Shown here: piece after piece, positions 58,779 through 64,000 of the stretch | Layout of the letters: the number at the start of each line of letters is the position of its first letter | Position numbering within the stretch: position 1 is the first letter of the stretch | Notes under the pieces: model-generated | The model's input: only the letters and a program-made list of their open reading frames with translations | What the model was told of the DNA's origin: nothing | The model's database searches: none | NCBI GenBank assembly: GCA_003246895.1 | Contig: QKCL01000048.1 | Location: forward strand, 55,019-119,018 | DNA: 64,000 bases | Reading direction: 5' to 3' | Origin: Spirochaetota bacterium | Lineage (GTDB): Bacteria > Spirochaetota > UBA4802 > UBA5550 | Translations under genes and position numbers: made by a program

Positions 58779-58943
58779 GTGATGATACCTTGTTTAATAC
58801 TTTCCAGCTGAATGTTCTGATGCGCCTTGGCCGGACGGTTGTTCTCTGAAAAAAGGTTTCTCCGAATATCCAGAAAGCCTGTGTAATATAACAAAGTTTC
58901 TGAACATTGTCAAAGTCAAATCTTTTAACTGTATGGAGCCGGA

Positions 58944-60791
58944 CTAACTCTCCAGCTGTGCAAGTTCATTGTCAAACTGTTCCTGAAGACTTTCAGATTT
59001 ATCGGTAAGTTCCTCGAATTCGGCAAAGAGGTTGTCGCTCTCTGTCTGTATCTGGTGAAGAGCCTTTGACAGTTCCTGAATCTTTGCACTGTTGCCTTCG
59101 GCAGAGGCTTCAACAAGTTCATTGTTTTTGGCGGAGAGTTCCTTTTCCTTTGTGTCAATGAGCTCCTCTACCTCCGCAAGTCTTTTCTCCACAGGTTTTA
59201 GCTCCTTTGATTTCCGGGTCAGGATCTCGGACCGGAGTTTTCTCAGGTCTTTTTTGTTGATGTTCTGGCCCTTTGTGTCTGAGTCTGCGCATGCCTGTTT
59301 TGCAGCTGACTCCTCCTCTTCCCAGCCGATCTTTTCCAGAAACTCCTGGTATGAACCCTCAAAAAGTGAGACGCCGTCGCTCTGGAATACTATGAAACGG
59401 TTCGCAAGAGTGTGAAGAAACATTTCGTTGTGGGTTACCATTATGACCGATCCTTCGAATGAGTCAATGGCGGCCATGAGGGCGTCGCATGATTCCATGT
59501 CCAGGTGGTTTGTGGGTTCGTCAAGGAGAAGGAGATTGCTGGGTGCCGCGAGAATTTTTCCGAGAAGTACACGGCTCTTCTCTCCTCCCGAAAGAATTTC
59601 AATCTTTTTGAGGGCGTCATCACCCTCGAACATCATGGCTCCGGCAATGTTCCGGGCCAGCTGCTTCTCGCATCCCGATGCCGCGATCTCATCTTCAACG
59701 GTCATGTTCTTATTCAGTGTCAGGGTGTTTGTCTGCGCAAAGTATCCCACTTCGGCATTGCCGTGGAAGCTTATTTCCCCTTTGTCGGGGGTAATGTCTC
59801 CTGCAAGCAGTTTCAGAAATGTGGATTTTCCCTTTCCGTTTTTACCGATGACACAGATGCGGTCCTCGCTGCCTACGTTTATTGTGAAGTCTTCGATTAT
59901 TTTAAGATCATCGTTGTAGGAGAAGGAGAGTTCCTTTACGGTCATGAGTGTCTTGGCATTGAACAGTTTATAGTTGAACTCAAAGTCCAGGGTTTTGATC
60001 TTTTCGAGCTTGTCGAGGCTCTGTTTTTTCTCCAGGGCCTTGACCCTTGACTGTACCAGTCCTGCAAGCCGCGCCTTTGCCCTGAACCTGTTTATGAACT
60101 GCTCAACTTCCTTCTTTTTCTTTTCGTCGTTGAGCCTGGTCTTTTCGTGTATTTCCTCTTCCTTGATAATCTGTTCGTAGAGTTTGTCTGTGGAACCGGA
60201 AATTTTTCTTACTTTCTTTCTGTGAATGCCTATTGTATGGGTTGTGATGCTGTCCATGAAAGACCTGTCGTGGGTGATGAGTATGAGTTCTCCGGGCCAC
60301 TGTTTCAGGTACGAAGCAAGCCATCTGATAGACACAACGTCCAGATAGTTTGTGGGCTCATCAAGGAGGAGCATGTCAGGCTCCGCAACAAGTGTCTTTG
60401 CAAGGTTCAGTCTCACCTGGTATCCGCCAGAAAAACCCTTGGGGTCTTTCTGTAAATCTTCAATGGAGAATCCCAGACCGCAGAGTATCTTCTCGACTTT
60501 CCATCTCTGGTCTTTCTCGTGTTCCCTGAGGCCGAGACACCCTTCCTCAATAACTGTGGACTCTGAGAAAGTGAGGTGCTGCTGCACATAGCCTATTGTG
60601 TAGCCCTTTGGAACAACTATGTCGCCGTCGTCCTGATGCTCTTCACCTGTTATCATCTTCAGTATGGTGGTCTTGCCGTGGCCGTTTTTGCCCACAAGGC
60701 CGATGCGTTCACCCTTGTTTACATTGAAGCTGATGCTGTCCAGAATGGTTCTGGGGCCGAAGGATTTTGTAAGGTTTATAATCTTTATCAT
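58944..60791 (-). CDS. ABC-F family ATP-binding protein
   Basis: Two ABC domains (GKNGHGKTT, GKNGKGKST, LDEPTN twice), no TM segments, C-terminal coiled coil. Confidence 0.93.
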   Translation of the reverse strand: MIKIINLTKSFGPRTILDSISFNVNKGERIGLVGKNGHGKTTILKMITGEEHQDDGDIVVPKGYTIGYVQQHLTFSESTVIEEGCLGLREHEKDQRWKVEKILCGLGFSIEDLQKDPKGFSGGYQVRLNLAKTLVAEPDMLLLDEPTNYLDVVSIRWLASYLKQWPGELILITHDRSFMDSITTHTIGIHRKKVRKISGSTDKLYEQIIKEEEIHEKTRLNDEKKKKEVEQFINRFRAKARLAGLVQSRVKALEKKQSLDKLEKIKTLDFEFNYKLFNAKTLMTVKELSFSYNDDLKIIEDFTINVGSEDRICVIGKNGKGKSTFLKLLAGDITPDKGEISFHGNAEVGYFAQTNTLTLNKNMTVEDEIAASGCEKQLARNIAGAMMFEGDDALKKIEILSGGEKSRVLLGKILAAPSNLLLLDEPTNHLDMESCDALMAAIDSFEGSVIMVTHNEMFLHTLANRFIVFQSDGVSLFEGSYQEFLEKIGWEEEESAAKQACADSDTKGQNINKKDLRKLRSEILTRKSKELKPVEKRLAEVEELIDTKEKELSAKNNELVEASAEGNSAKIQELSKALHQIQTESDNLFAEFEELTDKSESLQEQFDNELAQLES

Positions 60792-60837
60792 TATTTTCTC
60801 AATTTTATTACCGACAGATTTGTTGAATGTTGGGTAT

Positions 60838-61179
60838 TTACCCCTTTTTTACAAACTCTGATTTCAGGCCCATTGCGCCGATTCCGGGTATTTTGCAGCT
60901 GATATCGTGATCTCCTTCAACAAGCCGGATATTCTTTACTTTTGTTCCGACCTTGACAACCGATGAAGAGCCCTTTACTTTAAGGTCTTTTATGACTGTG
61001 ACATCATCCCCGTCCTTCAGTTCGTTTCCGTGTGCATCCCTGACAACCGGTTTCTGCTCTGTATCTGTTCCCGGAGCTCCCTTTGACCACTCGTGGCCGC
61101 ATTCGGGACAGACAAGCATGTCCATGTCCTCATAGGTGTATTCACAGCCGCATAACGGGCAGTTCGGCAGATTACTCAT
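60838..61179 (-). CDS. yjdM: PhnA/YjdM zinc-ribbon protein
   Basis: [26 protein letters not shown] and [15 protein letters not shown]; start 61179 after GGAG. Confidence 0.92.
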   Translation of the reverse strand: MSNLPNCPLCGCEYTYEDMDMLVCPECGHEWSKGAPGTDTEQKPVVRDAHGNELKDGDDVTVIKDLKVKGSSSVVKVGTKVKNIRLVEGDHDISCKIPGIGAMGLKSEFVKKG

Positions 61180-61215
61180 GTGTTTCTCCATTAGTTGTTT
61201 TAGTTTTTTACCTCT

Positions 61216-61303
61216 TCCCCCTGAATCCCCCCAAGGGGGGACTTGACATACTGTTGAGGCCTGTGGAAGTTTTAACATCTCCATTCGGGGGAGAAAGGGG
61301 GTT
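61216..61303. repeat. REP-like G/C-run palindromic element
   Basis: CCCCCTGAATCCCCCC-AA-GGGGGGACTT ... TCTCCATTCGGGGGAGAAAGGGGG. Confidence 0.5.
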
Positions 61304-63098
61304 AATCTATTTTCAGGATTGTAAGGAATGCTTCCTGTGGAAGTTCCACTGATCCTATCATTTTCATTCTCTTCTTTCCTTCTTTCTGTTTCTCGAGAAG
61401 TTTTCTCTTCCTTGAAATATCTCCTCCATAACATTTGGCTGTTACGTCTTTTCTCACTGCTGATATTGTTTCCCTGGCAATGATTGTCGCACCTATTGCG
61501 GCCTGAAGAGGAATCTTGAACTGGTGCTTCGGAATTACTTCACGAAGCTGCTTGATTATATCCTTGCCTCTTGTTCTGGCCTTGTCCCTGTGAACAATGA
61601 ATGACAACGCATCAACAGGCTCGCTGTTTACAAGTATGTCCACCTTCACCATATCCGAAGTCCTGAATTCAAGGAGGTCATAATCAAATGATGCATATCC
61701 CCTTGAAATGGATTTCAGTTTGTCATAGAAGTTGAAAACAATCTCTGAAAGAGGAAGTTCGTATGTGAGCTGGACCCTCGTTGTGGTTATGTACTCCATG
61801 TTCTTGTGTATGCCGCGGCAGTCTGTCACAAGCTGCATTATGTTCCCCACATAATCATTGGGTGTGACAATTGTGGCTTTCACATAGGGTTCTTCTATGC
61901 GTTCGATTGTTCCGGGATCGGGCATGTTTACGGGATTATCTATTGTTATGCATTCCCCGTTCTGCATGTGAATCCTGAACTGTACGCTCGGGGCGGTTGT
62001 GACAAGAGAAATATCAAACTCCCGCTCAAGCCTCTCCTGAACTATCTCCATGTGAAGAAGTCCCAGATAGCCGCATCTGAACCCGAATCCAAGAGCGTAT
62101 GAGTTGTCCGGCTCATAGAGAAGGGAAGCGTCGTTGAGCTGCAGCTTGGATAAAGCATCCCTGAGGTTTTCATATTCATCACTGTACATGGGGTATAGTC
62201 CCGAGAATACCATTGACTTTACCTCCTTGAATCCCTTCAGCGGGGCAGGGGCAGCATTTCTTGCGAGAGTAACGGTGTCGCCGATTTTAGTGTCCTGAAC
62301 TGTTTTTATTCCGGAAACAATATAGCCGACCTCTCCTGGACCGAGGCTTTTGGCAGGGTTCATTTTCATGCCGAAGGTTCCCACTTCAGTTACAGTGAAT
62401 TCCTTGCCGTTTGAGAAAAGCTTGATGACGTCGTCCTTTTTCACAGACCCGTCGAATATCCTCACCTTTACTACTGCGCCCATGTACTGGTCGTAGAATG
62501 AGTCAAATATGAGTGCCCTGAGTGGGGCATTGATGTCACCCCTGGGAGCAGGGATAAATTCCACGACCTTTTCCAGAAGGTCTTCTATTCCTATGCCCTT
62601 TTTCGCAGAGGTGAGTACGGCGTCGTCCGGGTCAAGGCCCAGAGTCCTTTCAATCTGTTCCTTTGCCATGTCAATGTCCGCGCTGGGCATATCTATCTTG
62701 TTTATTACCGGAAGTATCTCAAGGTCGTTGTCAAGGGCCAGGTAGAGGTTTGCAATTGTCTGGGCCTCAACACCCTGTGAAGCGTCCACTATGAGTATTA
62801 CTCCGTCGCATGAAGTCAGGGCACGGGAAACCTCATATGTGAAGTCAACGTGTCCGGGTGTGTCGATGAGGTTGAAAATATAGTCCTCTCCGTTTCTTGC
62901 CTTATAGTTCAGGGTAACGGAGTTGGACTTAATGGTAATACCCCTCTCCCTCTCAAGATCCATTGAATCGAGTATCTGGTCTTTCATCTCCCTTTCCGAG
63001 ACGAGTTTGCATTTCTCTATTATTCTGTCCGCCAGGGTGGATTTCCCGTGGTCAATATGCGCAATTATGGAAAAGTTTCTTATATGGGCTAGATCCAT
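61302..63098 (-). CDS. lepA: Translation elongation factor 4
   Basis: [28 protein letters not shown] and [23 protein letters not shown]. Confidence 0.98.
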   Translation of the reverse strand: MDLAHIRNFSIIAHIDHGKSTLADRIIEKCKLVSEREMKDQILDSMDLERERGITIKSNSVTLNYKARNGEDYIFNLIDTPGHVDFTYEVSRALTSCDGVILIVDASQGVEAQTIANLYLALDNDLEILPVINKIDMPSADIDMAKEQIERTLGLDPDDAVLTSAKKGIGIEDLLEKVVEFIPAPRGDINAPLRALIFDSFYDQYMGAVVKVRIFDGSVKKDDVIKLFSNGKEFTVTEVGTFGMKMNPAKSLGPGEVGYIVSGIKTVQDTKIGDTVTLARNAAPAPLKGFKEVKSMVFSGLYPMYSDEYENLRDALSKLQLNDASLLYEPDNSYALGFGFRCGYLGLLHMEIVQERLEREFDISLVTTAPSVQFRIHMQNGECITIDNPVNMPDPGTIERIEEPYVKATIVTPNDYVGNIMQLVTDCRGIHKNMEYITTTRVQLTYELPLSEIVFNFYDKLKSISRGYASFDYDLLEFRTSDMVKVDILVNSEPVDALSFIVHRDKARTRGKDIIKQLREVIPKHQFKIPLQAAIGATIIARETISAVRKDVTAKCYGGDISRKRKLLEKQKEGKKRMKMIGSVELPQEAFLTILKID

Positions 63099-63255
63099 TT
63101 TTTACCTTTTTTTAATTAAATTAGTTCCGGTTAAGTAGCAATTAAATCATTCCTGCCCGTTGGCAAGTAATTTTTTGGGGTGAAAAATCAAAGATTGGAC
63201 TACACGCTGGCGCTGAATTCGGAGGATGAAGTATGATGGAAAAGAGAATATATCC

Positions 63256-63422
63256 CCACAGATCACCCGGATTTTCACGGAAAATTCTTTATTAGTCAGT
63301 ATTGATCTTTGCTGCGATATAAGATCAATATTTTACACGAATAGGAGTTTTTTAAAAAAATCGACAGTTCTGTGTCTGGTGTAGCCTCAATACAAATCCA
63401 TGTGAATCAGATAAATCCGTGG
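63256..63422. repeat. Inverted pair of 9-nt-period repeats flanking an internal hairpin
   Basis: Left CCACAGATCACCCGGATTTTCACGGA; right AATCCATGTGAATCAGATAAATCCGTGG; internal TATTGATCTT/AAGATCAATA. Confidence 0.55.
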
Positions 63423-63488
63423 TTAAACTATTTCATTTGTTTTTTTGTTGGAGACGGCCGGTTGCCTCTGCTCTGAGGCTCCCCGCGA

Positions 63489-64000
63489 TTATCTCGCTAC
63501 GTCATTTATCAGTTTGCCCAGTGTCTGGTCGTGCGAAGTTATCGCCTTCTGATTTGCCTCGTAGCTTCTCTGTACCTCAATCATATCCACCATTTCGCGT
63601 ACGATGTTTACGTTTGACTTTTCAAGAAATCCCTGAACCACCTTGTATTTTGCCGGTGGGAGAGGAGGACCGGAAAATTCTGTTTCCCTGTACATGGAAT
63701 CTCCCTCTTTTTTGATTTCCCTGATATGCTCGAAGTCCACAATTTTCAGCTTGTCCAGAACTATGGGGTTCTCCCACTTGTTGCTGTCCATGCTTGTGAC
63801 CTGTCTGGGGTCTCTGGAGAGATTTCCGTTTATAATGACTTCTCCACGTTCATTTACAATGAAGTCGTGTTTGTGTACCCGGATAGGCCCATTTTCACCC
63901 ATTACCGGATTTCCGTTGTGTGTCATGAGAATTCCGTCCTGGTTTATTGTAAATGAACCGTCCCTGGTGTATCTTTCGCCTTTTTCGGTCATTACAGTGA
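63489..64000 (-). CDS. Flagellar basal-body rod protein, FlgF/FlgG family (5' end runs off the window)
   Basis: ERYTRDGSF and QGFLEKSNVNIVREMVDMIEVQRSYEANQK. Confidence 0.9.
   Translation of the reverse strand, partial: TVMTEKGERYTRDGSFTINQDGILMTHNGNPVMGENGPIRVHKHDFIVNERGEVIINGNLSRDPRQVTSMDSNKWENPIVLDKLKIVDFEHIREIKKEGDSMYRETEFSGPPLPPAKYKVVQGFLEKSNVNIVREMVDMIEVQRSYEANQKAITSHDQTLGKLINDVAR

Noticed and set aside
63233-63295. 20-aa ORF after GGAGG upstream of lepA on the opposite strand
   Set aside because: It runs through the 9-nt repeat arm and has no other coding support

Overview
A chromosomal window from a spirochaete: its FlaB-type flagellins carry the Leptospira-like MIINHN.../SMWFH signature and it has a long spirochaete-type FliD. 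The left third is mostly core: apgM-type mutase (partial), a YeeE/YedE pair, fadD, a flaB-flaB-flaG-fliD-hypothetical flagellar cluster, argH, gpmI, a sigma54-type eat-eutB-eutC ethanolamine operon, purF and tRNA-Trp. The middle is a patchwork of accessory genes: flavodoxin/DUF2023, putP, three GGDEF cyclases, PilZ, zur-znuACB, a GGR-like reductase, purU, NRAMP, MscS, secreted WD40/LamG/EF-hand proteins, a PAS hybrid kinase and several decayed genes. The window ends with an ABC-F, phnA/yjdM, lepA and a partial FlgF/G gene. I saw no CRISPR array, rRNA, transposase or integrase. The most unusual signals are non-coding or unannotated: (1) an identical rRNA-type boxA 13-mer in front of both flagellin genes, together with a highly structured 320-nt intergenic RNA and CsrA-type hairpins; (2) an 11-bp-periodic array in the tail of a DUF6266/HMG-like gene; (3) an unannotated 48-aa CC-x9-CxxC protein; (4) a Zur box encoded by zur's own last codons; (5) an orphan promoter-28-aa ORF-perfect 38-bp palindrome unit. 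All family calls are by eye from motifs; no database search was run.
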